DNA of 64,000 nt, from positions 3,616,001-3,680,000 of the forward strand of contig OZ244252.1 in NCBI GenBank assembly GCA_965217185.1. Reading direction: 5' to 3'. A model generated the notes under the pieces. That model was not told the DNA's origin and ran no database searches. It was given only the letters and a program-made list of their open reading frames with translations. Positions 19,857 to 30,604 of the stretch are shown here, piece after piece. Within the stretch, counting starts at the first letter, position 1. Every line of letters begins with the position of its first letter. This DNA comes from an uncultured Candidatus Entotheonella sp. Lineage in GTDB: Bacteria > Tectomicrobia > Entotheonellia > Entotheonellales > Entotheonellaceae. Made by a program: the position numbers and the translations under genes.

Positions 19857-21617
19857 ATGAATAAGAGATTCAGTTTCAAGCAATTCCACATGAAACTCTA
19901 CAGAAGTGCCAAGAAGGACAAGAGCGTGTTCAAGATCGGCGTATGCGTGCTTCTTCTGGCCGCGCTGCCTTTTCTTCAATCATGCGACGGCGGTAACGGC
20001 GATCCTGCTGATGATGCCTCAGATGAAGGGTGGGAAGTATGGCTGGCCGATCAATCGGATAGCGCTGACATCAGTGTTGACAATCCGACCGGGACCTATG
20101 GCAGTCGAATTATCATTTACGAAAGCAGTGACATCCTTGCCGCGCCTTCTGGATGGTATGCGGAAGACGATCCGGATTACGGGCCGACCGTTATTGAAGC
20201 TGTCGACGTATTTCCGTCTGCCTTTGAAGAACTCGGCGTGGATGTACGGCGCCTTCACGGCATGTTGCCGGATCACCCGACGCATCGCTACATGAATGCG
20301 AATTTCTTCGGTCCGGGCGCAGGCATGGTAGGCATCATCGACGCGGAAGGACAATGTACGCAGTCGGACGGCGGTGACCGGGAATGCGGGCGGATTCAAG
20401 GCGATCCAGATGAGGCCGCAAAGCTCGCCAAGGCGCTTTTCCGGACCACTGGACCGGAAGGCTCCGGGCCCTCGAATCACATGTCCTATTTCTCGCCCGA
20501 CGGCACGAAGCTGATCATCTCCAATCTTGGCGCCAAGCTGTTAGAGCGCATTGATTACGACGCGGAGACCGACACTTTCACGTTCAACAAGGCTGCCACG
20601 CTCGATCTGGTGGGCGGGCGCGACCTGACCGCCTTGGAGGCGATGGCCGATTCAACCTTGCCCGACGGGCGGGTTAGCGGGGAGTATTCCAACCCTCAGA
20701 CAAGATACACGCCAAGCGGCGCGCTCAAGGAAGGGCCAGGGCGGCCCAATAACGTCGTGGTTTGCGGCAGGCCCAGTAGCAACAATCAGCATGCGTATCT
20801 CACGTTGGGCGGCGGCGGACTGTTCGTCGTCGACATGACCACCGAACCCATGTCCATCGTTGCCGAATATACCGATGACGTGATCAGCGGCGCCGGATGT
20901 GGCGGCGAGGAAGGGGGTGGCTTCATGCATATCAACGCGGGCGTCTCCGCCAGTGCCGCAGGCGCGGATGGCTCCGTGTTCATCCTGTATCGTCTGCCGC
21001 TCGACTATCCTGATGGCGCAAATCCCCACACGACCCCGAATGTGCCGCGACCCGTGAAATTTTTTGAGCACAAGAGGCTGGGCATTCCGGAGACCGATGA
21101 AGAGGGCTTGGCCAGTCGGCGTGATGCCCACGGCAGTTTCGTCTCGCACGATGGTCGGTATCTCTATCAGGCTGACCGCATCCAGAACGTCATTGAAGTA
21201 TTCGACCTGGACAAGATCATCGACGACCCCGATGCGACACTGGAAGAGCAGGCACAGGCACACGTGAACACGATTGACCTTACCGGGTCGGGATTGTGTG
21301 TCGGCGAAGGGCCGCCCTTTGTCAACCAGGAGGGTGAAGGCTATGAATTCAACGACGATCCTGCCACGGACTCCCTCGCTCTTACTCCCGATGGCAGCAG
21401 GCTCATCGTCTCCTTCCGAGGTTCGAATCCAGTCACCGTGAAGCACGCGGCACAGGGCAGTTGCCCTGGCATAGGGGTGGTCACACTCACGGACGACAGA
21501 TCGGACGGCGAGCTCACCCATGTATTTCGGACCTTCTTGTCCGACGCCACCGGCACAAGAAATCTGAGCGACATTCACATGGCAATCGTCCGCATCAAAG
21601 GACTGAGCATGCCTTGA
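19857..21617 (+). CDS. Secreted acidic protein, probable lipoprotein with beta-propeller-like repeats
   Basis: Basic N-terminus, hydrophobic stretch, LQSC lipobox-like; FSPDGTKL, VSHDGRYLY, LTPDGSRL blade-like motifs. Confidence 0.7.
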   Translation: MNKRFSFKQFHMKLYRSAKKDKSVFKIGVCVLLLAALPFLQSCDGGNGDPADDASDEGWEVWLADQSDSADISVDNPTGTYGSRIIIYESSDILAAPSGWYAEDDPDYGPTVIEAVDVFPSAFEELGVDVRRLHGMLPDHPTHRYMNANFFGPGAGMVGIIDAEGQCTQSDGGDRECGRIQGDPDEAAKLAKALFRTTGPEGSGPSNHMSYFSPDGTKLIISNLGAKLLERIDYDAETDTFTFNKAATLDLVGGRDLTALEAMADSTLPDGRVSGEYSNPQTRYTPSGALKEGPGRPNNVVVCGRPSSNNQHAYLTLGGGGLFVVDMTTEPMSIVAEYTDDVISGAGCGGEEGGGFMHINAGVSASAAGADGSVFILYRLPLDYPDGANPHTTPNVPRPVKFFEHKRLGIPETDEEGLASRRDAHGSFVSHDGRYLYQADRIQNVIEVFDLDKIIDDPDATLEEQAQAHVNTIDLTGSGLCVGEGPPFVNQEGEGYEFNDDPATDSLALTPDGSRLIVSFRGSNPVTVKHAAQGSCPGIGVVTLTDDRSDGELTHVFRTFLSDATGTRNLSDIHMAIVRIKGLSMP

Positions 21618-21626
21618 GGATACGTT

Positions 21627-21677
21627 TCCGGATCCGGTGCACCGCTCTGGTTCCTGGCTGGGTGCATCGGGTCCGGA
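21627..21677 (+). terminator. 17-bp stem-loop after the lipoprotein gene
   Basis: TCCGGATCCGGTGCACC pairs with GGTGCATCGGGTCCGGA using two G-U pairs; weak T tail. Confidence 0.5.
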
Positions 21678-21813
21678 GGTTTGATGACTTCAGAGGGCGT
21701 GTATGGCTCACACGTGTTGGTTCGTTGGCGTGCGGGTGAACCGGGGTATCTGTACGCAGCGCTAACACGCTACTGATGGCGACCGAGTACCGGGGATGTG
21801 CCTGGTGCACCTA

Positions 21814-21928
21814 ATGTGCGTTTCGTTTGAGATCACGAGTTTTTTGGAGTTGGAGTTCCTGCGAGGGCGTTTTGCCACGACCGGATGAGCCTCTTACCAA
21901 AACTCTTGGTATCAAACGGGATTCACTT
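21814..21928. mobile_element. 115-bp MITE-like element with TA flanks
   Basis: About 28-bp imperfect IRs GTGCGTTTCGTTTGAGATCACGAGTTTT / GTGAATCCCGTTTGATACCAAGAGTTTT; TA at 21812-21813 and 21929-21930. Confidence 0.55.
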
Positions 21929-21945
21929 TAAGTGTCGAAGGGCGT

Positions 21946-22384
21946 TCAATCTGCCGAGGGCCGCCCTGCTTTAATGTCCTTGTCGACGCAAATTGACCAT
22001 GCCCCATCCGTGCTGCCCCACTTGCTTGGCGCAGCGGACAACAACGGACGCGTATTCCTCGGGGTATGCCAGCAACGCCTCATACGACGCCAGGTCCTGT
22101 TCGGCACATGCTCTCGCCATCGCGCTGCCAAACTCCCCCGTCTGAGACAGACAGCGGGCGATGATCAGGCTCCGCTCATCACTCGTCACCTCGGTTGGCG
22201 CACCATGCCCCTTCGGATTGGCCATGGCGTCAAGGCAGGCGTGTCGCTCCATGTTTTGTTCGACTATCGTAGATCGTTCCCGGTCGGAGGCAATAGACGG
22301 CTTCAGCACAAAAACGCAACTCGCCCACCAAGCGGCCATCGCGGCGAGGCATACCAGCCGCCATGTGTGCCTGTCTGGATTCAT
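21946..22384 (-). pseudogene. Small secreted Cys-containing two-repeat protein with probable frameshift near 21990
   Basis: Signal-like N-terminus; repeats IIARCLSQTGEFGSAMARACAEQD and VVVRCAKQVGQHGWGMV..CVDKD, the second completed in another frame. Confidence 0.55.
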
Positions 22385-22499
22385 GGCTTTTACGTTCTGT
22401 TCGGGACCTGACCTAGCCCCTTGAATCCGGGCCGGGGAGATGTGAGTCCTTTGGAGGTCTTGATAAAGTGATGATTCCCGCTTCTGCCAGCAAAGCCGC

Positions 22500-22570
22500 G
22501 TCACTCCGGCGGGAGCCGGAGTCCAGGGTTTCCCCGGAGTCAGTGGATTCCGGGTCAAGCCCGGAATGAC
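22500..22570. repeat. REP/RPE-like double-hairpin palindromic element, copy 2
   Basis: GTCACTCCGGCGGGAGCCGGAGTCCAG ... TGGATTCCGGGTCAAGCCCGGAATGAC. Confidence 0.75.
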
Positions 22571-22724
22571 GACTCAGGAATGCTGGGTAACTCATTTGCA
22601 CCGTCATGACCGATGGGAGACATCGGTTATTCATCACGGCGTGTTCAGAACCTCCTTGGAGAATCAATTTGCATCACCCGTACCAGGGGAGAGGGTTATT
22701 CGGTGACACATGGGGCTTTCCGTA

Positions 22725-23006
22725 TTAGTCGTCGCCATTGACGACGTCCTTGAAAAACTTGCCTGACTTGAACCGCACCACCCGCCGCGCCGGTATTTCG
22801 GCCTCCTCGCCCGTTTTGGGATTCCGCCCGAGACGCGCGTGCTTTTCGCGCACCTGAAAGGTGCCGAAGCGCCGAAGAACGACCGACTCGCCCCGGCACA
22901 GGCTGTCCTTCAGTTCGTCGAGAATCGCGTCCACGGCCTCTTCGGCTTTCACCTTGGTGATGTCGGTTTCATCGGCAATACGATTGACAATCTCGACTTT
23001 CCTCAT
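22725..23006 (-). CDS. HU/IHF family DNA-binding protein
   Basis: RRFGTF, GRNPKTGE, VRFKSGK. Confidence 0.95.
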   Translation of the reverse strand: MRKVEIVNRIADETDITKVKAEEAVDAILDELKDSLCRGESVVLRRFGTFQVREKHARLGRNPKTGEEAEIPARRVVRFKSGKFFKDVVNGDD

Positions 23007-23145
23007 AGGCTGGCGCTCCCGGGTTCAGGGGTGAGGGGCGGTGAGACAACGTATGGTTCTGATGTCTGTGGGCAGGTGGAACTCGTTGAATATCAGATTC
23101 TGCCGCCTGAATCAAGAGCGCCGAACCATTTGCAGTATTGATTGC

Positions 23146-24336
23146 TCAGGCCCTGGGCGGCACCTGTTCCAAGCGCTGGAGCGGCAGCGCCACGGACAGG
23201 CTGAGCGCGTGCCAGAGACGTGCCGCGGCGCGGGCGATGCGGGTGAACAGCGAGCTGCGCTGCGTCACGCTGGCCGATTCGCCGCTCAGGGAGGCAAACT
23301 CTCGCAGGAGTTCTTCCTGGCGCTCGGTGAGACGGGTGGGGGTGCGCACCACGACGTGGGCGATCTGGTCGCCGCGCCCGCCGCCGCGCACGTGCGGCAC
23401 GCCGCCGCCGCGCAGGATTATCGTGTCGCGGGTCTGGGTGCCGCGCGGGATGGTGAGCGTTTTGGGTCCGTACAGCGACGGAACTTCCACATCCGCACCC
23501 AAGGCGGCCTGGGAGAACGAGATCGTCACCTCGCAATGCACGTCGGTGCCGTCCTGCTCGAAAATATCGTGCGGCGCTACGTGCACCACCACGTACAGGT
23601 CGCCCGGCGGCCCGCCGTTGGTGCCCTCCTCGCCCTCGCCGGTGAGACGCAGGCGGGAGTTTTCGTCCATGCCGGCCGGGATCTTCACCGACAGCTTCTT
23701 GGGCGTTTGCACCAACCCCAGCCCTCGGCACTCGGGGCACGGGTCGGTAATCACCATGCCTTGGCCGCGGCAGCGCGGGCACGTGGTACGCATGGCAAAA
23801 AAGCCCTGCCGCCGCTCCACCTGTCCCATGCCGCCGCAGGTGCCGCAGGTGGTGGGTTGCGTGCCCGGTGCGGTGCGCTTGCCCAGGCACTGGATGCAGG
23901 TCTCGGTTTTGTCGAACTCCAGCATTTTCTCGGTACCGGAAACGACTTCTTCCAGGGTGACCTGAACGTCGTAGCGCAGGTCCGCGCCGGCGCGGGCCGC
24001 GGTGCGTCCGCCTCGGCGTCCGCCGCCGCCAAAACCGAACAGTTCCTCGAAAATGCTGCCGAAGCTGGAGAAGACGTCCTCGGCGCCGCCAAAGCCCTGA
24101 AAGCCGGCGCCCTGCAGGCCGTCGTGACCGTAGCGGTCATACAAGCTGCGCTTTTCGGGGTCGTTCAGCACGTCGTAGGCTTCCGCCGCCTCTTTGAATT
24201 TTTCCTCGGCTTTGGGATCGTCCGGGTTGCGGTCCGGGTGGTATTTCAAAGCCAGTTTGCGATAGTTTTTTTTCAATTCGTCCTCGCTCGCATCGCGCGA
24301 CACGTCGAGGATTTTGTAATAATCCCGTTTGACCAT
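23146..24336 (-). CDS. dnaJ: Chaperone DnaJ (J domain, zinc-finger repeats)
   Basis: HPD, G/F region, four CxxCxG repeats. Confidence 0.95.
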   Translation of the reverse strand: MVKRDYYKILDVSRDASEDELKKNYRKLALKYHPDRNPDDPKAEEKFKEAAEAYDVLNDPEKRSLYDRYGHDGLQGAGFQGFGGAEDVFSSFGSIFEELFGFGGGGRRGGRTAARAGADLRYDVQVTLEEVVSGTEKMLEFDKTETCIQCLGKRTAPGTQPTTCGTCGGMGQVERRQGFFAMRTTCPRCRGQGMVITDPCPECRGLGLVQTPKKLSVKIPAGMDENSRLRLTGEGEEGTNGGPPGDLYVVVHVAPHDIFEQDGTDVHCEVTISFSQAALGADVEVPSLYGPKTLTIPRGTQTRDTIILRGGGVPHVRGGGRGDQIAHVVVRTPTRLTERQEELLREFASLSGESASVTQRSSLFTRIARAAARLWHALSLSVALPLQRLEQVPPRA

Positions 24337-24347
24337 GGCGTTGTACC

Positions 24348-24665
24348 TTATGTCGAAGCCGGATTGTGTGAGTTGCCCGGCGCCTCGCGCATGGCCAGCA
24401 GGGCGCGCGTTTCTTCCTGCGCGGCGCGGAGCTTGCGCAGCAGGTCCATGATGATCGTCACGCCCGCCAGATTGACCCCCATCTCGCGCGTCAGATTCAG
24501 AATCGTGCTGAGGTGGTCAATGTCCCGGCGCGAGTAGAGCCGCGTGTTGCCCGCCGAGCGTTCGGGATGCAGCAGCCCTTCGCGCTCGTACAGGCGCAGG
24601 GTCTGCGGATGCACGTTGAACATGCTGGCGACGGCGCTGATGGTGAAGTATTCCTTGCCGGCCAT
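24348..24665 (-). CDS. hspR: MerR-family heat-shock repressor HspR
   Basis: [23 protein letters not shown]; between two J-protein genes. Confidence 0.88.
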   Translation of the reverse strand: MAGKEYFTISAVASMFNVHPQTLRLYEREGLLHPERSAGNTRLYSRRDIDHLSTILNLTREMGVNLAGVTIIMDLLRKLRAAQEETRALLAMREAPGNSHNPAST

Positions 24666-24668
24666 GGC

Positions 24669-25586
24669 TTACCACCCCTTGGCGCGCGGTTGCATGGGAT
24701 TGCGGGCGCTGAACTCTTCCAGCAGCTCCCGCGAGCGGTCGTCCAGCGTCTCCGGCAGCACGACGTGCACGCGCACGTACTGGTTGCCGCGCTCATTGCC
24801 TTGCCGGTTCGGCGCCCCCTTGCCGCGCAAGCGGAAGCGGCGGCCATTCTGCGTGCCGGGCGGCAGCGTCATGGAAGTGGGGCCGTCGATGGTGGGCACC
24901 TCGATTTTGGCGCCCAGCATGGCCTCGGCCAGCGTCACCGGCACCTCGCACTCGATGTCGCTGCCGCGGCGCTCGAAGTAGGCGTGCGGCTTGACCCGTA
25001 TGACGACGTACAGGTCGCCCGGCGGCGCGCCCGCGGTTCCGGCGGTGCCCTTGCCGGCGATGCGTATCTTGGAGCCGGTGTCGACGCCCGGCGGGATTTT
25101 GATCTGCCGACGTTCGACGCTGCCGTCCCGGTGGGTCAGCTTGACGCGCGTCGTAGTGCCGCGCAGGGCGTCCTCGAAGGGAATTTCCAGGGTCTGCTCA
25201 ACGTCCTGCCCGCGTTGCGGCATCGGCCCGGCGCGCCCGCCGCCGCCGCCCGCGAACAGATCGTCAAAAATGGTGCCGAATCCCTCGGTAAAGCCCCCCC
25301 CTGAGCCAAAGATATCGCGGATGTTACCGGTGTGAAAACCGCCGAATCCGCCGCCGCTCGTGTCAAATGCCTGGTGCCCGAAGCGGTCGTATTTCGTGCG
25401 GCTCTCGGCGTTGCCCAGCACCTCGTAAGCCTCGGATATCTCCTTGAATTTCTGCTCGGCAGCAGCGTCTCCCGGGTTGACGTCCGGGTGGTACTGGCGC
25501 GCCAGCCGGCGGTAGGCCTGCTTGATCTCTTTTTCGGAGGCGTCCCGTTTGACGTTGAGGGTCTGGTAGTAGTCCTGCTTGGCCAT
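24669..25586 (-). CDS. cbpA: DnaJ-class chaperone without zinc finger (CbpA-like)
   Basis: KQDYY, HPD, C-terminal DnaJ domain; ATG at 25586. Confidence 0.88.
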   Translation of the reverse strand: MAKQDYYQTLNVKRDASEKEIKQAYRRLARQYHPDVNPGDAAAEQKFKEISEAYEVLGNAESRTKYDRFGHQAFDTSGGGFGGFHTGNIRDIFGSGGGFTEGFGTIFDDLFAGGGGGRAGPMPQRGQDVEQTLEIPFEDALRGTTTRVKLTHRDGSVERRQIKIPPGVDTGSKIRIAGKGTAGTAGAPPGDLYVVIRVKPHAYFERRGSDIECEVPVTLAEAMLGAKIEVPTIDGPTSMTLPPGTQNGRRFRLRGKGAPNRQGNERGNQYVRVHVVLPETLDDRSRELLEEFSARNPMQPRAKGW

Positions 25587-25658
25587 AGGCCAGTTTCCTT
25601 CCAGGCTTGGCGCGCACGATGGATGTGGGGGTTGGAGCGAAAGGCTGAGCGGGGAAGA

Positions 25659-25688
25659 ATTATGATATGTGAGTCTTGGCATGTCAAC
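25659..25688 (-). promoter_or_regulatory. Sigma70-type promoter overlapped by a HAIR-like (HspR) operator
   Basis: Minus strand TTGACA-N17-CATAAT; GTTGACA-N7-ACTCACA resembles CTTGAGT-N7-ACTCAAG. Confidence 0.7.
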
Positions 25689-25721
25689 CTTGCAGTGCTT
25701 TGCGCAGCAAGGCCGGAGCGG

Positions 25722-26615
25722 TCAGCTTGTCAGAGGCGACACCGTCAGGCGGGAGGGCTTCTCGATTTCCATGAAGATGGCGCCGTCTTTGAAGATGCGT
25801 ACGTCGCCGGTGGATTCGGAGATGACGATGGCGACGGCTTCGGTGACGGAGGTGATGCCGGCGGCGGCGACGTGGCGGGAACCCAGGCCCTGGGGCAGGT
25901 CGACGGTGGATTCCAGAGCAGCGTTGAGGTGGCGGCCGGCGGAGGTCACCTCGCCGTCTTCGCGGATGACGAAGGCGCCGTCGAGGGCAGAGAACTCCTT
26001 CAGGGTTTCGCGCAGTTGCGGGTTGAGCAGGTTGCGCTCCTCGGCGGGATAGCCCTGGAACGGGTTGAAGATGGTTTGACGCGAGAACTGCATCACCTTG
26101 TCGTGGTCGCCCAGCACGAAGGTGGCGCCCACCGGCTTGCCCTCGCGTCCCTGGCTGGCCAGTTCCACCGCGAGATTCAACAGTGCCTCGAAAACCGCGG
26201 AGGGGATGTTGCCCGCGATGGCCGACACGTTCGTGGAGATGAGCAACTCCCGTTCCTTGCCGATGTCGAGCACGACGATGCAATCGAGGGAGCCGAAAAC
26301 CGATGATCCGGTCAGGCAGACGATCTTGTCCCCCTCGGTGACGTGGCCCTCGGACAGCGCCATAACCACGGCGAGCTTGATCTGTCCCATGCGGGTGAGT
26401 GGAATGGGCGGCAGGCGCAGGGTGGCGGAGACCTCCGCGCTGGGCTCGGTGCGGCTTTCGGAGTGGGTGATCAGGATGATGTCGGTGGCGTCCAGCATGC
26501 CGCTGGGGATGGGATAGTCCTGAATGGCGTCGGCGTAGACGAACAGGGCGTGGGCGCCGATTTCGTTGGCGATGACGCAGGCTGATTCGACGATGACGGT
26601 ATTAAGAGAACCCAT
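25722..26615 (-). CDS. dacZ: Diadenylate cyclase, DacZ-type architecture
   Basis: GREGKPVG, LDGAF, GSRHVAAA, ISESTG in the C-terminal DAC domain. Confidence 0.85.
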   Translation of the reverse strand: MGSLNTVIVESACVIANEIGAHALFVYADAIQDYPIPSGMLDATDIILITHSESRTEPSAEVSATLRLPPIPLTRMGQIKLAVVMALSEGHVTEGDKIVCLTGSSVFGSLDCIVVLDIGKERELLISTNVSAIAGNIPSAVFEALLNLAVELASQGREGKPVGATFVLGDHDKVMQFSRQTIFNPFQGYPAEERNLLNPQLRETLKEFSALDGAFVIREDGEVTSAGRHLNAALESTVDLPQGLGSRHVAAAGITSVTEAVAIVISESTGDVRIFKDGAIFMEIEKPSRLTVSPLTS

Positions 26616-26789
26616 ATCCGCCTCACAGGACAACGAGCCGCTGCTTGGGACGACGTACATTTTTGTTGAGACAGTGTAGCCAAACCGGCGGCTGTCTGTC
26701 AAAAGATGGTTGCCCCGCGTGTGCTATAGTGCTGCGCCTGTTTCAACGGGGTTCGTCAAACTTTCCACCATGCCACCGAGAAACCGCCT

Positions 26790-28835
26790 ATGACGACGCA
26801 GCGCGCCCCCGCTTCCCTCCGCCGCCGGCGCAACATCGGCATCATTTCGCACATCGACGCGGGCAAGACCACCGTGACGGAGCGCATCCTCTATTACACG
26901 GGCCTGACGCACAAGCTCGGCGAGGTGCATGACGGGCAGGCGGTGATGGATTGGATGCAGCAGGAGCGCGAACGCGGCATCACGATCAGCGCCGCGGCGA
27001 CGACGTGCGACTGGCAGCGGCACCAGATCACCATTATCGACACGCCCGGGCACGTGGACTTCACCATCGAGGTGGAGCGCTCGCTGCGCGTTCTGGATGG
27101 GGCGGTGGCGATCTTCGCGGCGGTGGAAGGGGTGCAGCCGCAATCCGAATCGGTGTGGCACCAGGCGAACCGCTACCGGGTGCCGCGCCTGGCGTTCATC
27201 AACAAGATGGACCGGCTGGGAGCGGACCACGAGCGCGTGCTGCAGGACATCCGGGACACCCTGGGCGCCTCGCCACTGCTGCTGCAACTGCCCCTGGGAA
27301 CGGAAGAGCACTTTCAGGGGATCATCGACCTGATCGACATGCAGTGCGTGAGCTGGCGCGCCGACGATGCCGGGATGACGCCGGAGACAGGCGCCATTCC
27401 ACCGGAGTTTGAGGAGGCGGCGCAGGCGCAGCGGGCCGCCTTGCTGGAAACGGTGGCCGAGCACGATGACGACTTGCTGGAACGGTACTTGGCCGGTGAG
27501 CCGCTGGACGCCGAGGCGATTCGCAGCGCGGTGCGCAAGAGCACCCTGTCCGGCGCCCTCGTGCCGGTGCTGCTGGGCTCCGGCCTGCACAACAAGGGCA
27601 TCCAGCCGCTTCTGGACGCCATCGTGTGGTATCTGCCGTCGCCCGTTGACGTGCCGTCGATTACCGGTGTCGAGCCGACCGAGGAAACCGCCGCCGAACG
27701 CCATAACGACCCGAGCGAGCCGCTGGCGGCGCTTGCCTTCAAGGTGGCGCTGGACCAGGGCCGCCGCCTCACCTATCTCCGTCTCTACGCCGGCTGCCTT
27801 GAGGCCGGCACCCAGATCTACAATCCCAGAACCGGCGCGAATGAGCGGGTGGCGCGCCTGTTGCGCATGCACGCGAACAAGCGCCAGCGCCTGGACCGGG
27901 CGCAGGCCGGGGACATCGTGGCCGCTACCGGGTTGAAGGACGCGACGACCGGCGACACCCTGTGCGACCCCGCGCATCCCATCCGCTTCGAGGCCATCGC
28001 CTACCCGGAACCGGTGATCAATCTGGCCGTGGAACCGATGACCAACGCCGAGCAGGACAAGTTGCAGTCCGCCCTTGAAAAGCTTGCCGCTGAGGACCCG
28101 ACGCTGCAGGTGCAATTTGATGAGGAGCGGGGGCACACCATATTGTCGGGCATGGGCGAGCTGCACCTCGAGGTGCTTATCCGTCGCCTGGCCGATGAGT
28201 TTAAGTTGGCCGTCAACGTGGGGAAACCGCAGGTCGTCTATCGCGAGACTATTCAGGGTGAGGCGGAATGCTCGGAGACTTTTGACCGGGAGATTGCCGG
28301 CAAGCGTCAGGTTGCCGAGGTTACGTTAGCCGTCGCGCCCGCTGCTTCCGGCGCCGGCCTTGAATTTGCCGGTACGCCGCCGGAAGACGCCGAGGCGCCA
28401 GCGGACATGATTGACGCCGTGCGGCAGGGCGTTCTGGATGCCGCGTCGTCGGGGGTGATGCAAGGCTATCCGGTGGTTGACGTGCGTGTTGAACCGCGCC
28501 GCTTGCTCTGCCGGGACGACAGCACCCCGCTGGCCTTTCAGGTCGCCGCCGGGCAAGCCTTTCACCGCGCCCTGGAAGCGGCGCAGCCTGTTCTGCTCGA
28601 ACCGGTGATGAGCCTCGAAATCCTGGTGCCCGAGGCGTTTGTCGGCAGCGTCATCAGCGGGTTGCAGAGTCGCCGCGGCGTTGTTGAAGGCATCGAAAGC
28701 CAGGGCCTTCAGCACGTGCTGCGCGCGCGCGTTCCGCTTGCCGAAACCTTCGGCTACATGACGGATCTGCGTTCCGCCAGCCAAGGGCGCGGCACCTTCA
28801 GCATGCAGTTTGCGCACTACGCGCCGGCGCCGTAG
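26790..28835 (+). CDS. fusA: Elongation factor G (stand-alone paralogue)
   Basis: [33 protein letters not shown]. Confidence 0.93.
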   Translation: MTTQRAPASLRRRRNIGIISHIDAGKTTVTERILYYTGLTHKLGEVHDGQAVMDWMQQERERGITISAAATTCDWQRHQITIIDTPGHVDFTIEVERSLRVLDGAVAIFAAVEGVQPQSESVWHQANRYRVPRLAFINKMDRLGADHERVLQDIRDTLGASPLLLQLPLGTEEHFQGIIDLIDMQCVSWRADDAGMTPETGAIPPEFEEAAQAQRAALLETVAEHDDDLLERYLAGEPLDAEAIRSAVRKSTLSGALVPVLLGSGLHNKGIQPLLDAIVWYLPSPVDVPSITGVEPTEETAAERHNDPSEPLAALAFKVALDQGRRLTYLRLYAGCLEAGTQIYNPRTGANERVARLLRMHANKRQRLDRAQAGDIVAATGLKDATTGDTLCDPAHPIRFEAIAYPEPVINLAVEPMTNAEQDKLQSALEKLAAEDPTLQVQFDEERGHTILSGMGELHLEVLIRRLADEFKLAVNVGKPQVVYRETIQGEAECSETFDREIAGKRQVAEVTLAVAPAASGAGLEFAGTPPEDAEAPADMIDAVRQGVLDAASSGVMQGYPVVDVRVEPRRLLCRDDSTPLAFQVAAGQAFHRALEAAQPVLLEPVMSLEILVPEAFVGSVISGLQSRRGVVEGIESQGLQHVLRARVPLAETFGYMTDLRSASQGRGTFSMQFAHYAPAP

Positions 28836-29422
28836 CCCGAAGACCGCAGCAAGGCCAGGGTTCGCACCAACGGCAGGCCCACCACGTTGTTGTAGCACCC
28901 TTCCAAGGCCGCGACGAATTGCCCGCCGACGCCTTGAACGGCGTAGGCGCCGGCCTTGTCGAACGGCTCCCCGGTGGCGATATACGCTTCGATATCCGCA
29001 GCCTGCAAGGTGTGAAAACGCACCCGTGTGCTCACGACGTCGCACTGCACGATGCGCCGGCCGTGGTGCACGACGGCCACGCCGGTCATCACCGTGTGCT
29101 CGCGCCCGCTGAGGCTGCTCAGCATGTCGCGCGCCGCCGCGGCGGCGGCCGGCTTGCCAAGGATGTGTTGGTCGAGGACGACGACCGTGTCGGCGCCCAG
29201 CACCCAGGCAGAGGGAAATTGTTGAGCCAGTTGCTCGGCTTTTGTTCGGGCCAGGCGCGCGACGTAGGATTCGGGCGGCTCCGCGGCATGGTGCCGCTCG
29301 TCGATGTGCGCCGGCATGACGCTGAACGGCAGTTCCAGCGTTACCAGGAGTTCGCGCCGTCGTGGGGAAGCCGAGGCGAGGATCAGGGTAGGGTAGGGGC
29401 TGACGACCGTATCCGAGGCCAT
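28817..29422 (-). CDS. maf: Maf family nucleoside triphosphate pyrophosphatase
   Basis: [26 protein letters not shown]. Confidence 0.93.
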   Translation of the reverse strand: MASDTVVSPYPTLILASASPRRRELLVTLELPFSVMPAHIDERHHAAEPPESYVARLARTKAEQLAQQFPSAWVLGADTVVVLDQHILGKPAAAAAARDMLSSLSGREHTVMTGVAVVHHGRRIVQCDVVSTRVRFHTLQAADIEAYIATGEPFDKAGAYAVQGVGGQFVAALEGCYNNVVGLPLVRTLALLRSSGYGAGA

Positions 29423-29439
29423 GGTCGTCCGATCCGCCG

Positions 29440-30414
29440 CTACACGTCGCGGGTGGTGACGTAATCCGCGATGGCGTACAGCGTGTCCATAGCTTTGCAA
29501 GGCGCGAAGGATTCGATCTGTTGCTTGGCCTGATCGACGTGTTCCTGCGCCTTGGCAAGGGTGGATTTCAGGGTGCCGTACTTGTGCAGGAGGGCGGTTA
29601 CCTGCCGCGGGACCGCCTCGTCGTTGGACCCATTGTTCACGTAATCGGTAACGAACTGAGACTCCTCGGGACTGGCCTGTTGCAGCAACGAAATGATCGG
29701 CAGGGTGATCTTGCCCTCTTTGAGGTCGTTGTGCACCGGCTTGCCGAGCTTGTCGGCGGGGGCGACGAAATCCAGCGTGTCGTCGGCCATTTGGAAAGCC
29801 ATCCCCAGGTGGTGCCCGAACGCCTCGACTTTATCGCGTTGCTGCGGCGAGATGCCGCCGATGATTGCGCCGATTTTGCAGCTTGCCGCAAACAGCGAGG
29901 CCGTTTTGAGCGCGATAATGCGGTAATACTCCACCTCGCTGATGCCCAGGTCACGCTGCTTCAGCGTTTCGATCACCTGGCCCTTGGCCATCTCGACGGT
30001 CACGTCGGACACTGTTTCCATAACCAAGTGGTCCTTGTCGGCCAGCGCCAGCGACATCGCCTTGGCGTAGAGGTAATCGCCGATCAGGATGGAGATTTCG
30101 TTGCCCCACAGCGAATGAACCGTTGGATTGCCGCGCCGCAGCTCGGCGTGGTCCATGACGTCGTCGTGCAACAGGGTGGCGGTGTGGATGAACTCGATGA
30201 CGGTGCTGAGGTCGTACATGCGCTGACCGGCGTAACTGCATAGGCGAGCCGACAGGATGAGCAGCGCCGGGCGGATGCGCTTACCGCCGCTGGACAGGAC
30301 GTATTGCGCGGTCTCTGAGATGAAGGGAACGTCGGAATCCAGATGCTTGGCGATGGCCGTTTCAACCTGCTGCAAGTCGGCTTCGACGAAGCGCCGCATT
30401 TCCTTATATAACAT
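29440..30414 (-). CDS. Polyprenyl diphosphate synthase (IspB-like)
   Basis: GGKRIRP, LLHDDVMD...RRG, KTA, FQMADD; start uncertain (30414 or 30399). Confidence 0.92.
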   Translation of the reverse strand: MLYKEMRRFVEADLQQVETAIAKHLDSDVPFISETAQYVLSSGGKRIRPALLILSARLCSYAGQRMYDLSTVIEFIHTATLLHDDVMDHAELRRGNPTVHSLWGNEISILIGDYLYAKAMSLALADKDHLVMETVSDVTVEMAKGQVIETLKQRDLGISEVEYYRIIALKTASLFAASCKIGAIIGGISPQQRDKVEAFGHHLGMAFQMADDTLDFVAPADKLGKPVHNDLKEGKITLPIISLLQQASPEESQFVTDYVNNGSNDEAVPRQVTALLHKYGTLKSTLAKAQEHVDQAKQQIESFAPCKAMDTLYAIADYVTTRDV

Positions 30415-30604
30415 GAACTCCACACTTTTCAGCACGGGGATTGGGGGGATTTGCAGAAGGGCCAACTCTAGAAGTATCTGCCCTTGGTGTCAAGCCGCCG
30501 GCCCGCCTTAGGGTCACGGTGGGTATGGTATACTGGCCGCCCTCAATTCAATTGCCAGAACAGCCCGTGGCGGGCTGAAAACAACACACTCTGGTGGACA
30601 AGTC

